From the NCBI RefSeq assembly GCF_009914755.1, contig NC_060947.1: DNA of 64,000 nucleotides. The stretch is one strand, 5' to 3'. The notes under the pieces were generated by a model. The model did not search any database. It saw only the letters and a list, made by a program, of their open reading frames with translations, and was not told where the DNA came from. A program made the position numbers and the translations under genes. This stretch comes from the human T2T-CHM13v2.0 reference genome, Homo sapiens. The first letter of the stretch is position 1. Every line of letters starts with the position of its first letter. Below are positions 24,137-39,756 of this stretch, piece after piece.

Positions 24137-26584
24137 AAAAATGGAGCCTGAAAGCAAAGTCCAGCAACAAAAACAGGGGAGTCACGTTGGTACCACCAAA
24201 TCTAAAACTGCTAGTTTTAGACGTTTTACTCAATGAAAAGTTATCTAGAGAGTAAATCTTGAAACTATTGACCCACAAAAATAGTGGGGCTGATTTTCTG
24301 AAGGGGTTGAGTACAGTTGTCTACTTTTTTTTTTTTTTTAGCTCCTTTAAAATTCATTCTCTGTTGGTTAAATAGAAAGGACATTTTTAGGACATTAAAT
24401 GAAATTCTTTAAAACTTTGTGTTTTCCAATATTATTTCATATTGCCTCTATTTCCAAAACTTGCACATCTATTTTGTTTATTTTTACATTACAAATTATG
24501 ATATTAATATTTGGTATCATATCTTGTGATTACTGCAAGTTCATTCTTATTGCTTTCAAGAACACAGGATTTATATAAAAATAATAATGAAATAATAATG
24601 CCATTTTAGGTAGTATCATAGCGTAATTAAAAATTAAATAAATAATTTGGCGTCTAGAGTGTCTACTACATATTGTGAAGTTAAATGCTTAAGGTTTGGA
24701 ATTTTCTTAAACAGAAAAAGAGGTTTTAAGCTCAAAATGGAAGCTCTTTTCAAATTCTTCTCCTGTATGGTATAACATATTGCCAAGAGGTGAAATATTT
24801 GCTAATCAGAAAGGTGAGTCAGGTGAGGTATTTCAAGTATAATTATCTAAGTCATGTTATGGCTAACCATCAGCATCAACAAAAGAGTTAAGTAAATTCA
24901 GATTTTATGTAATTGTGTGTTGCAGATTTGCTCTCACTTTCAGCCATTTCCACCTTCCCTTAAACTCTGGTTCAGCTCCTTCTCACCTCACAGCAATAAA
25001 GTAAAAGAGACAATGCAATTAGGGAATTATCTGTATAACAACGGGCCGCTTAAAAAATACCCATGGAGATGTACAGGATAGGATGAAAAGCTACTGTACT
25101 TGTCACTTTATTTCTTTCAAATCCTGAAACTCTTAGTGTGTGTGTTTGGGCGGAGAGAGTGTAATGCAAGTGAACAGTGGAGATTAAGACAGGAGGGAGT
25201 AAGACCTGGACATGATACAAGGATGATGATAATACTTTGCTGCTGGTTTTGTAAACATATTTTCATAGTAAAATATGCCCTCTCAGGAAGCATTGACAGA
25301 TGGAGTAAAGTAAAACAATCCACTATACCTGAAAACCCTGCATAGTGCCAGCTGGACCCATTTAGAAGCTGTGAAGAAATGTCAGTCATTATTAAGGGTA
25401 GTCCTCTGAGATCAGAAAGCAGGAGATTGGTTTGCAAGTGCCTCCCCTGCAGGGAGTCCGGTAATACACTCCAAGCTGAACCTGTGACCATCACTCATTA
25501 ACTCTGGTGCTAGTGGATCATTTTGTGTAACAACATTCCAACTAATACTGATGATCCATTGATTATATTTCATGAACCTACTCAATTCATTTGGAAATAA
25601 AAGGGAAGGATGTTTGCTTGAGGCATTATATAATACTTCTCTCCTGAGGATTAATGTGTTAGTATTTGTAATGCACACTGAAGATGAAAATTGCTATATA
25701 AATAATAGCTATTATCCTGTGGTACATATAGCAGCAGCTACTCCATTAGGAAAGGGGTGGGGGGAAGACAGCAATATATGACCAGGATAAAAAGTCAGAT
25801 CAGAGTGAGACACCAGCTATATACCCAGCCCACCACCCACTGAGGTGAGAGGTTGACTTAAAATGTGACAAAGTTCAGTAAACCATATCCAAAGAGAGGG
25901 AAGACTTCATGGTTAGCAAAAGGCAAGATGTCTGTGCAGCCCCACTATGTTTGCAAGGTTGCAAGTAGTTCAATGTTTCAATCTGAGCCTGGCCCCCAGC
26001 CAGAAGATTAGCATAGGTGTGCTTTGCTCAGTTCCTGCTGCTAACACTATGCTGTGGGTGTGGGAAAGGCCCTGGCCATTGTCACTCCCTTCCCCATGTC
26101 TCTGGAATAAACTCTGCTGCCACTAAGTGAAGTTACAAATGATAAAACTAAATTCAAATTAAAGTGGCAGTTCAATTGTAATTAAAGTGCAAATTGAATT
26201 GGAAGCTTAGATGGAAATCCAGTGTGTCATCCAAAAAGGCACACTGACTTGCCTCTCATTTCATGAGTGAACCACCAGAAGGCTCACAGAGCAGCTTTGT
26301 GTTTAAAAAGCTTCTCAATGCGAAGTAGCACTTAAGGCCTGAAGCCCCAAATCTCAGGGAAGCTATAGACAGGGATACATTTCTAAAGCAGTTATACCCA
26401 GAGTTTTTGATTTCACACAATCTTAGAATGTTAGTTTATATTCATCATCTATTATTACAATCACTTCAAAACTTAAAACACATTTAAAAATCTAAGAAGT
26501 AGGGAAAAGTTAGACAGAATAAATGAACTGTTACAAGAAAGGACATGTAGCAAACTTACAGCCACATGTATACATTTTATGTAT

Positions 26585-26737
26585 ATTTGGCAAGTTATCT
26601 AACTTAATCTCTTCAGGTTTATCTCTATAAGGAGAAAAGAGACAGTGCCATGTGTTATGAAGAGTAACTAAATTAATATATAAAGTTCTTAGAACAGAAC
26701 CTGGCACCCTATATTCAAGACATAAGAGTTGACTATC
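26585..26737 (+). mobile_element. MIR fragment
   Basis: ttggcaagttatctaactt...tgttatgaagagtaactaaattaatatataaagttcttagaacagaacctggcac resembles the MIR core and 3' part. Confidence 0.65.
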
Positions 26738-27396
26738 TTTCTCTCTCTCTGTATAAGTTCCTTATTAACTTTTTAAAGTTATAACCATAGACTGGTGATA
26801 ATCTTACTTTGAACCAGCACTAATTCACACACCTGTATTTGGAAACACTGTCCTAGAACAAAATCCACAGTGGCCTATGATACGACAGTTCTATTAGGAA
26901 ACTGGACTAGTTTGTAATAATTAAAAACCCTCAAAGAAGAAGAAAATACTTCATCCTAATTGGTCTTGATTAAAATGTTTATCAACATATATAAAAGTCT
27001 TCAGCATCATATCCCAAATATTTCTATTATTTAGATAAAGATATGCAGGCATATCTTGAAAATATTGCAGATTCGGTTCTAGACCACCACAATTAAGTGA
27101 ATATTTCAAGAAAGCAAATCAGACACATTTTTCCCAGTGTATATAAAAGTTATGTTTATACCATACTGTAGTCCATTAAATGTATAATAGCATTATGTTT
27201 AAAACTGCATACCTTAATTTAAAAATAACTTTATTTACTTTATTGCTAAAAATTGCTAATAATTATCCGAGCTTTCAATGAGTCCTAATCTTTTTGCTGG
27301 TGAAAGTTTCTGCCTTCATGTTAATGGCTGCTGACTGATCAGTGTGGTGGTTGCTGAAGGTTGAGGAGGCTGTGGCGATTTGTAAAAATAAGGCAA

Positions 27397-30300
27397 TGCC
27401 TCCACCACTATGGTGTGTGCCCACAAGGTGGCAGGAACCCCAGCACCTGCTAGCACTCTGCCACAGCTGCTGCACTTTGGTGCCCACAGTGTAGTGGATT
27501 CTAAACCTTGAGGAGCCAGAGAAAAATGTTGGAGCCCAATACAAGTCCCCAAGAGTTAGAGGACGCAGTCCAGGAGTTGGGAGCTGAGTGTTGGCCTGCT
27601 AAAATCTCCCAAAAACAAAGCCAGTCAGCTGAATTGATCTTATACCAAAATCACATCCCCAAGGTCATCAAATAGGATAAAAGAAAACCAGAAAACCCAT
27701 CCAAAGGTCAGGAGCCTCAAAATTGTAGGTAGATAAACCCACAAACATGAAAAATTATCAGTGCAAGAATGCTGAAAACTCAAAAAGTGAGAGTGCCTTC
27801 CTTCCTCCAAATGACAGTATCATCTTTCCAGCAAGGGCTCTGAACTGGGATGAGATGCTGAAATGACAGAAACAGAATTCAGAATATGGATAGAAATGAA
27901 GATAATGAGCTATGGGAGTATGCTGAAACCCAAGGCAAGGAAGTTAAAATCATGATGACACAATGAAGGAGCTGATAGACAAAATAGAAAATACAGAAAA
28001 GAACATAATTGACCCACTACACCAATTTTATAATGCAATCACAAATATTAATAGCAGAATAGACCAAGCAGAAGAAAGAATCTCAGAGCTCAGACTGGCT
28101 TTGTGAAATAAGACAGAGAGAAAACAAGAGAAAAAAAAAGAATAAAAAGGGATGAACAAAATCTCTAAGAAATATGGGATTATGTAAAGAGAGACTGAAT
28201 CTAAAACTCATTAGTGTCCCTGAAACAGATGAGGAGAATAGAATAAACTTTGAAAACATATTTCCAGATATCATCCATGAGAACTTCCCCAACCTAGCTA
28301 GAGAGGCTAACATTCAAATTCAAGAAATGAAGAGAACCTAAGTAAGATACTTCACAGAAAGATCATCCCAAAGTCATATAATCATCAGATTCTTCAAGGT
28401 AGAAATGAAAGAAAAAATGATAAAGGTAGCTAGAGAGAAAGGTCAAGTCATCTACAAAGAGAAGCTCATCAGACTGATAGTGGACCTATCAGCTGAGACC
28501 ATACAAACCAGAAGAGAGTGGGAACCAATATCTAACATTCTTAAAAAAAAAAAAAAGAAATTCCGACCCAAAAGTTTATATTCAGCCAAAATAAACTTCA
28601 TAAGTGAAGGAGAAATAAGATCCTTTTCAGACAAGCAAATGCTGAGGGAAACTGTTACCACCAGACCTGCCTCCCAAGAGCTCCTGAAAGAAGCACTAAA
28701 TATGGGGGGAAAAATGACCATTACCAGCAACTACTATAAAGACACACTGAAGTACACAGATCAGTGACACTTTAAAGCAACCACATAAATAGTTCTGCAA
28801 AATAACCAGTGTATTAGTTCCTTTTCACACTGCTGACAAAGACAGACCCAAGACTGGGAAGAAAAAGAGATTTAATTGGACTTACAGTTCTACAAGGCTG
28901 GGGAGGCTTCAGAATCAAGGCAGGAGGCAAAAGGCACTTTTTACATGGCAGCAGCCAGAGAAAATTAGGAAGAAGCAAAAGCGGAAACCCCTGATAAACC
29001 CATCAGATCTCTTGAGACTTATTCACTATCAGGAGAAAAATTCCACAGTCCAAAGTCTCATCTGACACAAGACAAGTCTCACATCCTGAATTGAGGTTTG
29101 GGAACCTCCACTTAGATTTTAGAAGATGTATGGAAACTCCTGGATGCCCAGGTAAAAGTTCGCTGCAGGGGTAGGGCCCTCACGGAGAACCTCCGCTAAG
29201 GCAGTGCAGAAGGGAAATGTGGGGTTGGAGCCCCCACACAGAGTCCCTACTGGGGCACTGCCTAGTGGAGCTGTGAGAAGAGCGCCACCATCCTCTAGAC
29301 CCCAGAATTGTAGATCCACCAGGAACAGAACGATGCACAGCTGAATTGTACCAGGTGTATGAAGAAGACCTGGTACCCTTCCTACAGAAACTATTTCAAA
29401 AAATTAAAGTGGAGGGAGTCCTCCCTAACTCATTCTATGAGGCCACCATCATCCTGATACCAAAACCTGGCAAAGATAAAACAAAAAAGAAAACTTCAGG
29501 CCAATATCTTTAATGAATACTGATGCAAAAATTGTCAGCAAAATACTGGTAAACCAAATTGAGCAACATATCAAAAAGACTACATACCATGATCATATAG
29601 GCTTTATTCCTGGAATATGAGGTTGGTTCAACATATGCAAATCAGTAAGTGTGATTCATCACATAAACAGAACTAAAGACAAAACCACATATTATCTCAG
29701 TGATGCAGAAAATGCTATCAATAGAATTTGACACACATTTATGTTAAAAACTATCAATAAACTAGGTATTGAAGGAACATACCTCAAAATAATAAGAACC
29801 ATCTATGACACACCCATAGCCAATATAATACTGAATAGACAAAAGCTGGAGGCATTTCCCTTGAAAGCTGGGAAAAGACAAGGATCCCCACTCTCACCAA
29901 TCGTATTCAACATAGTGTTGCAAGTTCTGGCCAGTGCAATTATGCAAGAGAAAGAAATAAAGGCATCCAAATAGTGAGAGAGGAAGGCAAGCTATCCCTG
30001 TTTGCAGATGACATAATCCTGTATCTAGAAAACCTCATCGTCTCAGCCCAAAAGCTTCTTAAGCCTATAAAAAACCTCAGCAAAGTCTCAGGATATAAAA
30101 TCAATGTGCAAAAATCACTAGCGTTCCTATACATCAAAAACAGTCAAGCCACAAGCCAAATCAGGTACAAACTCCCATTCACAGTTGCCACAAAAAGAAT
30201 AAAGTACCTAGGAATTCAGCTAATTGAGGTGAAAAGTGTCTACAAGGAGAACTAAAAAGAATGCTAAAAAAAATCAGAGTTGACACAAATGGAAAAACAT

Positions 30301-31888
30301 TTCGTTTTCATGGATAGGAAGAATCAATATTGTAAAAATGACCATACTGTACAAAGCAATTTATAGATTCAATGCTATTTCTATTACACTACCATTGAGA
30401 TGCTTCACAGAATTAGAACAAACTATTTTAAAATTAAATGAAACCAAAAAGAGCCCAAATAGGCGAGGCTATCTTAAGCTAGAAGAACAAACCTGGAGGC
30501 ATCATGCTACTCAACTTCAAACTGTACTACATGGCTACAGTAATCAAAACAGCATGCTGCTGGTACAAAGACACATAAATCAATGGAACAGAATAGAGAA
30601 CCGAGAAATAATGCTGCACACCTACATCCCTCAGATCTTCAACAAAGTTGACAAAAACTAGCAATGGGGAAAGGATTCTCTATTCAATAGATGGTGCTGG
30701 GATTACCAGTTCGCTATATGCAGAAGATTGAAACCAGAACCCCTTCCTTATACCATATACAAAAATTAACTCAAGATAGATTAAAGACTTAAGTGTAAAA
30801 CTCACAAATATAAAACCCTGGAAGATAACCTAGGCAATATCATTCCGGATATAGGAACAAAGATTTCATGACAAAGATGCCAAAAGTAATTGCAACAAAA
30901 GCAAAAATTGACAAATGGAATCTAATTAAACTAAAGAGCTCTACACAGCAAAGGAAACTATCAACAAAGTAAACAGAAAACCTACAGAATAGGAGAAAAA
31001 TTTTGCACACTATGTATCCAGCAAAGGTTTAATACTCAGCATCTATAAGGAACTTAACAAAATTTACAAGGAAAAAAAGCCCATAAAAAAGTAGGCAAAG
31101 GACACAAACAGACACTTTTCAAAAGAAAACATACATTCGGCCAACAAATCATATGAAAAAATGCTTAACATCACTGATCATTAGAGAAATGCAAATCAAA
31201 GCCACAATGAGATACCATCTCACATCAGTCAGAATGGCTATTATTAAAAAGTCAAAAAAATAACAGATGCTGGCAAGGTTTCAGAGAAAAATGTACACAT
31301 ACCCTGTTAGTGGGAGTGTAAATTAGTTCAACCATTGTGGAAGACAGTGTGGCAATTCCTCAAAGACCTAAAAACAGAAATACCATTCAACCCAGCAAAT
31401 ATAATTACTGAGTATATACCAAAAGGAATATAAATCAATCTATTATAAAGACACGTGTATGTGTATGTTCATTGCAACACTGTTCACCATAGCAAAGACA
31501 AGGAATCCACCAAAAAGCCCATCAATGACAGACTGAATAAAGAAAATGTGGTTTATATACACTATGAAATACTATGTAGCCATCAAAATAAATGAGACTA
31601 TGTCCTTTGCAGGGACACAGATGGAGCTGTTGGCCATTATCCTTAACAAATTAACACATGCACAGAGAGCCAAATACTGCATGTTCTCGCTTATATGTGG
31701 AAGCTAAATGATGAGAACACATGGCCTATTGAAGTATGGAGGATGGGAGAAGAGAGATCAGGAAGAATAACTAATAACTAGGCTTAATACCTAGGTGATG
31801 AAATAATCTGTACAACAAACCCCTGTGACACAAGGTTACCTATATAACAAACCTGCACATGCATCACTGGACTTAAATTAAATATTAA
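27397..31888 (+). mobile_element. L1PA13-like element, truncated in its 5' UTR, inserted in Tigger1; ~1.4 kb lost at the THE1A site
   Basis: ORF1 remnant 28405-28767. RT remnant [15 protein letters not shown]. 3' UTR gatcaggaagaataactaa...ctaggcttaatacctaggtgatgaaataatctgtacaacaaacc. TSD aaaa(a/g)taaggcaa at 27384-27396 and 31889-31901. Confidence 0.9.
28810..29320. mobile_element. Rearranged THE1A remnant: partial LTR (-) 28810-29037, internal fragments (-) 29038-29086, internal fragment (+) 29088-29320
   Basis: LTR end tgtattag...gactgggaagaaaaagagatttaattggacttacag...gaagaagcaaaagcggaaacccctgataaacc (THE1A-type). The internal pieces align to the intact THE1-int in this window at 56102-56143 (rc), 55893-55903 (rc) and 55527-55746 (direct). 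Confidence 0.88.
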
Positions 31889-32419
31889 AAAAGTAAGGCA
31901 ACAATGACGTTATCCACATCAATTGACTGTTTCTTTTATGAAAGATTTCTCTGTAGCATGTCATACTGTTTGACAACATTATATTCACAGTAGAATTTCT
32001 TTCAAAATTGGAATCAGTCCTCTCAAACTATGCCACTGCTGTATCAACTATGTTAGGTCATATTCTAAATCCTTTGTTATTGTTTTAACAAACTTCACCA
32101 GTAGAATATTCCATCTCAAAAAAGAACTTTCTTTGTTTATCCATAAGAAGGAACTTCTCGTTCATTCAAGTTGCATCATGAGATTGCAGCAATTCAGTCA
32201 CATATTCAGATTCCTCTCAAAGTCATCCATAAGGATTGGAAAAAAATTTTTTCCAAACTTTTATTAATGTTGATATTTTGACATCCTCCCCTGAATCATG
32301 AGTGTTCTTAATGGCATCTAGAATGGTGAATCCTTTCTGGAAGGTTTTCAATGTACTTTGCCCAGATCCAGCGGAAGAATCACTATCTATGGCAGCTATA
32401 GCCTTATGAAATGTATTTC

Positions 32420-32733
<314 letters not shown>

Positions 32734-34187
32734 CCATGAAATGTATTTCTTAAATAATAAGCCATGAAAGTCAGTATTATTTCTTGATCCTTGGGCTGTA
32801 GAATGGAAGTTGTGTTAGTAAGCATGAAAACAACATTAATCTCTTTGTACCTCTCCATCATGGGTCTTGGGCAACCAGGTGCATTGTCAATGAGCAGTAA
32901 TATTTTTCTTAGCAGTAAGTTTCAACAGTGGGCTTAAAATATTCACCAAACCATGCTGTAAACACATGTAGTATCATCCAGGCTTTATTATCCCATTTAT
33001 TGAGCACAGGCAGAGTAGATTTAATATAATTCTTAATAACCTTAGGATTTACAGAATGGTAAATGAACATTGGCTTCAATTTAAAGCTACCAGCTGCATT
33101 AGTCTCTAACAAGATACCCTGTCCTTTGAAGCCAGGCATTGACTTCTTTCTAGATGGAATCTTCTTCCAATAGAGGCTGTTTTGTCTACATTAAAAATCA
33201 GTCATTTAGTGTAGCCACCTTCATCAGTTATCCTGGCTAGATCTTCTAAATAACTTGTAGCTTCTACCTCAGTCCTTGCTGCTTTACCTCATGCTTTTAT
33301 GTTACTGAGATGGCTTCTTTTCTGAAACCTCATGAACCACCTCTGCTAGCTTCAAACTTTTCTTCTGAAGCTTGTTCACCTCTCTCTGTCTTCATAGAAT
33401 TGAAGAGCATTAGAGTCTTTCAAAGCATTAGGCTTTGGCTTAAGGTAATATTGTGGCTGGTTTGATCTTCTATCCAGACCAGTTAAACTTCCTTTATATC
33501 AGCAGTAAGGCTGTATTGCTTTCATGTCATTTGTGTGTTCACTGGAGTAGCACTCTTAATTTCCTCTACAAACTTTTCCCTTGAATTGATAACTTGGCTT
33601 GCTGTTTGGCACAAGAAGCCTAGATTTGTCCTATCTCAGCTTTTGACCTGCCTTCCACACTAAGCCAAATCATTTGCAGATTTTGATTTAAAGCGACAGA
33701 TGTGTGACTTTTCCTTCACTTGAACACTTAGAGGGCATTGTAGGGTTATTGATTGGCCCCATTTCAGTGTTGTTGTGCCTAAGGGAATAGGGAGGTCCAA
33801 GGAAAGAGAGGTGGGGAAATGCCGGTTGGTGGAGCAAATATAACACACACAACATTTATCTATTAAGCTGACCATATTATATGGGCATACTTCATGCCAC
33901 TCCAAAACAATGACAATAATGACATCAAAGATCACTGATCACAAATCACCATAACAAACACAGTAATAAAAAGAACTTTAAAAGATTGTGAGAATTACCA
34001 AAATATGACAGAAATATGAAGTGAGAATGTGCTGTTTAAAAAAAGTGACACTATTAGACTTACTCAACACAGGATTGCCACAAACTTTTAATTTGTAAAA
34101 AAAAATGCAATGTCTTTGAAGCACAATAAAGCAGAATAAAACAAGGTATGTCTGCAGATAATACTACTAACACTTATTAAACACAAA

Positions 34188-35252
<1,065 letters not shown>

Positions 35253-35274
35253 TTTTCTGCTTATCATGTTAAAT

Positions 35275-35497
35275 TCTTTATAAACATTTTGTTTATTTAA
35301 TAACATGTATGTAATTCACATAGTAACACTATGAAGCAAGTATGTTACTGTCCTCAGTTTACAGTTAAAGAAGCCGAACTTAGACATTTAAGTAATCCTC
35401 AAAGGCAATGGAAATAATAAGTATCTATACTGGGACCCAGCTGCTGGATTTAACTAGATCTAACTCTAGAGACCACTTTCTTAATCTCATGCTATAC
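35275..35497 (-). mobile_element. MIR
   Basis: aacactatgaagcaagtatgttactgtcctcagtttacagttaaagaagccgaacttaga...taactctagagaccactttcttaatc matches the reverse MIR core. Confidence 0.7.
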
Positions 35498-35574
35498 ATC
35501 TCCTTATGTAACTTGATAAGAAAATCCTTATCAAGTTTTCAGATTTAAAAAATCTTTTAACAAACAAATACATC

Positions 35575-36345
35575 AAAGGACTGAATTATGATCCCAAAAG
35601 TTCACTACCACAGATTGAAATGATGACCCAAAACCAATAAAATTGAACATAATAGGAATACATTTGAAGTTCTGTTCTTAATGTTTAATTAATCAGCTGA
35701 GAAAGAATAGATGAGCAGAGCTTTGGCTTGTAAACAGTATTTGTGAAAAAAGACTTGGAGGTTTTATTTGACTTTAGGTTCCATGTGAGCCAACAGGATG
35801 CTGTGACTGCCATAAAACAAAACAAAACAAAAGCAAGCTGCTACAAACAGGCTTCATTAATATAAGTCTAGACTATGTACAACCACACAAGATTCTTCAT
35901 TTGGCAGAGTCTCACAATTAATTATGGAGATCAAATTTGAAACAGGATATACGCAAACTAAACCTTAAACTATGGAAAATGACCAAGAATATGAAGAGTT
36001 TGAAATGAATACAAAACAAGTGACAGTTGGAGGGGGTAAATGTGTATAGCTTCGTTCAGAAAAGGAACAGGTTATAAGTGTTATATATCGCTGTTTAGGG
36101 ACTGATTATTCATTGTTTTTTCATAATGAAAAATCATGGCAAGTGAATAGAAGCTAGATTACAGGTCAATATATGGAGCAATTTTCTAATGCAGAACTTT
36201 GTGTTAATAACGGACCCAGTTGATTTACAAACGGTGAGATTCTGTTACTAGAAATCTTCAAACAGAGGTGAAAAAGCACTTGACAGAAATAGATACATTT
36301 CTGCATAGGGACTGGAGTTGGACTAGACTGGCAATTCCCAAACCT
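35575..36345 (+). mobile_element. L3/CR1 LINE 3' fragment
   Basis: gtgaaaaaagacttggaggttttatttgac...atgtgagccaacaggatgctgtgactgcc and ttactagaaatcttcaaacagagg...ggagttggactaga are typical L3 motifs. Confidence 0.75.
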
Positions 36346-36549
36346 TAGTCCAGTAACTGGTGCTATGTTGTAAAAACATACAGATGCCTGGGTAACATCT
36401 AATAGGTCTGTCAAGGGGACACAGTGATATGTATTTTCTAAAAATATCCACATCATCCCGTTGAACCCTGCAAAGATTCTAAGACAAACAGTTCCCAAGT
36501 CCTCAGCATCCTTATCTCTTTGACTGCTAAAATCTCACTCACTCAAACT

Positions 36550-36672
36550 GCTGGACTGTGATCTGCTTTATAATAAGAAATACATCATTGCTTCTTCTAC
36601 AATGTCTAACACATAGTAGCTGCTCAATAAGAGTGTGTTAAATATATTACATATTTGTGAATAGATGAATAA
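36550..36672 (+). mobile_element. L2 3' terminal fragment
   Basis: ctggactgtgatctgctt...acaatgtctaacacatagtagctgctcaataagagtgtgttaaat...gaatagatgaat. Confidence 0.6.
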
Positions 36673-36882
36673 AAATTCTTAGGTACATTTGTCTAAAGCA
36701 GAGGAGCCTTCCAAATGTCCTTAACAGGAAGCAAATGGAATATCTGCAAAAGCTCAGGCTTGAAAAATACAAAATAGTGCTGAAAAGTTTGTCATCTTTC
36801 TACTATTTAAATGTAGCTTTCTCCAAATAGAAGGCAATGTTAGTTAGTTTTTTGTAACAGTATGAAATGAAGTAATGGGAGG

Positions 36883-37330
36883 TCTATTAGTTTCTGGACG
36901 TGCCGCAATGACAACAATAACAAACCCAGAAATTTAGTCTCATATTTCTGGAAACCACAAGTCAGAAATTAGGGTGTCAGTAGGGGTGCAGTCCCTCTAA
37001 AGAATCTAGGGGACAAAACTTCCTTGACAATTTTGGCTTCTGCTGGTTCCTGGAATTGCTTGGTTTGTGGTAGCAAACCTCTAGTTTCCTCCTTTTTCAT
37101 GTGGCTGCCTTCCCTGTGTCTTTGATTAACAAACTTTTCTCTCATTTCTCTTACAAGGACATCAGTCATTGGATTTAGGGCCTACCCTCAATCTAGGATT
37201 CTCACCTTGAGATTCTTAATTGCATCCGCAGAGACCCTATTTCCAAATAGGGTCACATTAGCAGCTACAGGGGAGTGATTGATTAGAACTTGGACATATA
37301 TCTTTGGGGGACACAGTTCAACCCATTATA
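36883..37330 (-). mobile_element. MLT1 (MLT1C-like) solo LTR
   Basis: caaggacatcagtcattggatttagggcctaccc...gagaccctatttccaaatagggtcacatt...tttgggggacacagttcaacccattata is the reverse complement of an MLT1 LTR. Confidence 0.85.
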
Positions 37331-37354
37331 AAAGGAAACATTTATACAATCTCT

Positions 37355-37850
37355 AATAATAATGACAGCTAACATTTGGTGAGTGCATACTATGGGTAAG
37401 GCACTTTGTGAAGTACTTTGAATGTATCATTCAATTTAATGATCATAAGGACTTGAGTTGGAAACTGTAGCAGCCAGAGATATTTTACTTTTCCAGGGTC
37501 ACATGGCATTAATTGGTAGAGCTAAGATTCAAAATCTTTCTGGTTTCAGATCTCATGCACTTAACTGCTTTGCTATACTGCTTCTTAATTATTGTTAATA
37601 CTATAATACTAGAATAGTAATAATAGTTATTGAGAGATATGGACCAGGCTTAGCACATTACATGGATTACTTCACCTAACTTTAATGACAACCTTGTAAG
37701 GCAATTACTTTTATGATTTCCATTTATTTCGTAGTCAAGAAAACTGAAGCTCAGAGAGTTTAAATTGCCAAGATTATACATCTAAGTAGTGGATTCAAAA
37801 TTAGGTGACCTGACTCTAGAGCTGGTGTGCTTAATGACTATGTGATATTC
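37355..37850 (-). mobile_element. Two adjacent MIR elements (~37355-37585 and ~37620-37850)
   Basis: acagctaacatttggtgagtgcatactatg...ttccagggtcacatggc...agagctaagattcaaa, and aagaaaactgaagctcagagagtttaaattgccaagattataca...cctgactctagagc. Confidence 0.75.
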
Positions 37851-38594
37851 ACTAGATCTAAGATTGAAACTCATTTATTCATCATTCATCAATCTCTTCC
37901 ATAGTATCTAATGTATATCATGTGCTCAGTGAAACATAATGAATGAATGAACTACATTAGTAATATTGTAATTGTTACATTTTTTCTGGAGCCTCAGTCT
38001 GTTTCTCTGTTCTAACTTCTCAGTGTGTTGATTTCTGTCTGACACTATCTCCTCCTTCATGCCTATATGTCCGTATTGACAAGTATGCCATTCCTCAAGC
38101 ACTTCTGTAATGCAACCAGATGGATCTGTGGAAGGGTTTGTTTTTTTTTTAAAAGAGATTTGTCTACAGGAAGACATGCTTTAAACAACCATTGTCTCCA
38201 AACCTATCCAATTCAAATCATAGGTTAATCAAACTATTTCTGCGAACAAACTGGAAGCCACACCAAGTATACTGAGAATATTCTACCAAGATAGTCCATA
38301 TGCCAAATAAACTGGATGTCAGCATCTTCACTACTATGCTCATGTTTCAACAGCCAAGTCAATAATTAAAAAAAAATCCTGCAATTAATGCCTAAGGAAG
38401 GAATTAAAGTAACATGCTGTCTAACCAGCCTTGTTTCACCTTATCTCTTTGAAACTAATAATGTAAAGGTCTTACTCTAAATACAGATATCATTCTTAAA
38501 TATATTAATAAGAAATTAGAGGTCAAATTTAAACTTGCAACAATATCTTCAGTCCCAAATGTAGACTCTGTAAATATCAGCAGCAGTGCCAGGC

Positions 38595-38700
38595 CTATTG
38601 CACAACTCCAGGGGGTCAATATTTACATTACAGTCTGTGTGAATGGCATCTCCTGGAGTTGTAAAGTGCATAACGTGCTGGACAGTATTTGGAGATTCTG
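38595..38700. mobile_element. Palindromic MITE fragment, MER91-like (hAT-Tip100)
   Basis: Perfect 11-bp inverted repeat acaactccagg (38602-38612) / cctggagttgt (38652-38662) with an imperfect inner stem. The family call is from recalled consensus. Confidence 0.55.
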
Positions 38701-39540
38701 GTCAGCAGAACTGATTTAGAGTAACAAAGAACCAATGCAAAAAATTGGTTGATTACAAAGAGTGCTGATCCACACCAGTGATATTTCAAGTTTTAGCAAA
38801 GTCAAAGAGCCTGCTACACTTGCAGCTTGTTAAACTCGAGTATTAGTCTGAGCTGGCTTTGATGAGCTGAGGGAATTCTAGTGAAGGGCAAAGCTAAAAA
38901 AAAATGGAGTTTTATCTGAACCTTTTCTCAACTTTTCAAACCTTCAGGTGCTAGATACCTCATGAAAACTAGCTTTCTTATGAGATTTTGTTGTAATTTC
39001 CATTAAAGATTGTTAAGAAGGGGAAAATATATCTTAAGAGATTAACTGAAAGCACTCCAGTACTTCTAGTAACAGCAAGAAATCTAGCCATGCATAAAGA
39101 CCCAGGAGATAAAAGGCAGCTCTACAAACAAGGAAATGCCCATGCTGGCCATGGACTTATAGTGACCGGGCACTTATAACCTCTCTCTTTGTTGCCACTT
39201 GGGGACAACTGCTGGATAATGTCACCTGATCTGAGTTATTTCACTCTTCTCCCTCCTTTTCCAATTTTCTGTTATATTTGACTATTGTTTCTGTGTGGGA
39301 ACTCTTTTCCAATGGCTGACTAGCATTTAGTTTGTATCTGAGAATACCTTTGGCTTGGTTTTGGTTTGAATATGCAGTCTGCCATAAATGCTAAAAGTGA
39401 AAAACAGATTTTTTTAAAATGCTACAATTTATGCAATGCTTACTGTGTGCCAGAATGGTTAATCATTGTCTCAGTGCTGGAAATCAAATCCAGTACTGCT
39501 TGACACCAGAGCCCATGAAATTACTACACTACATCTTTTT

Positions 39541-39756
<216 letters not shown>

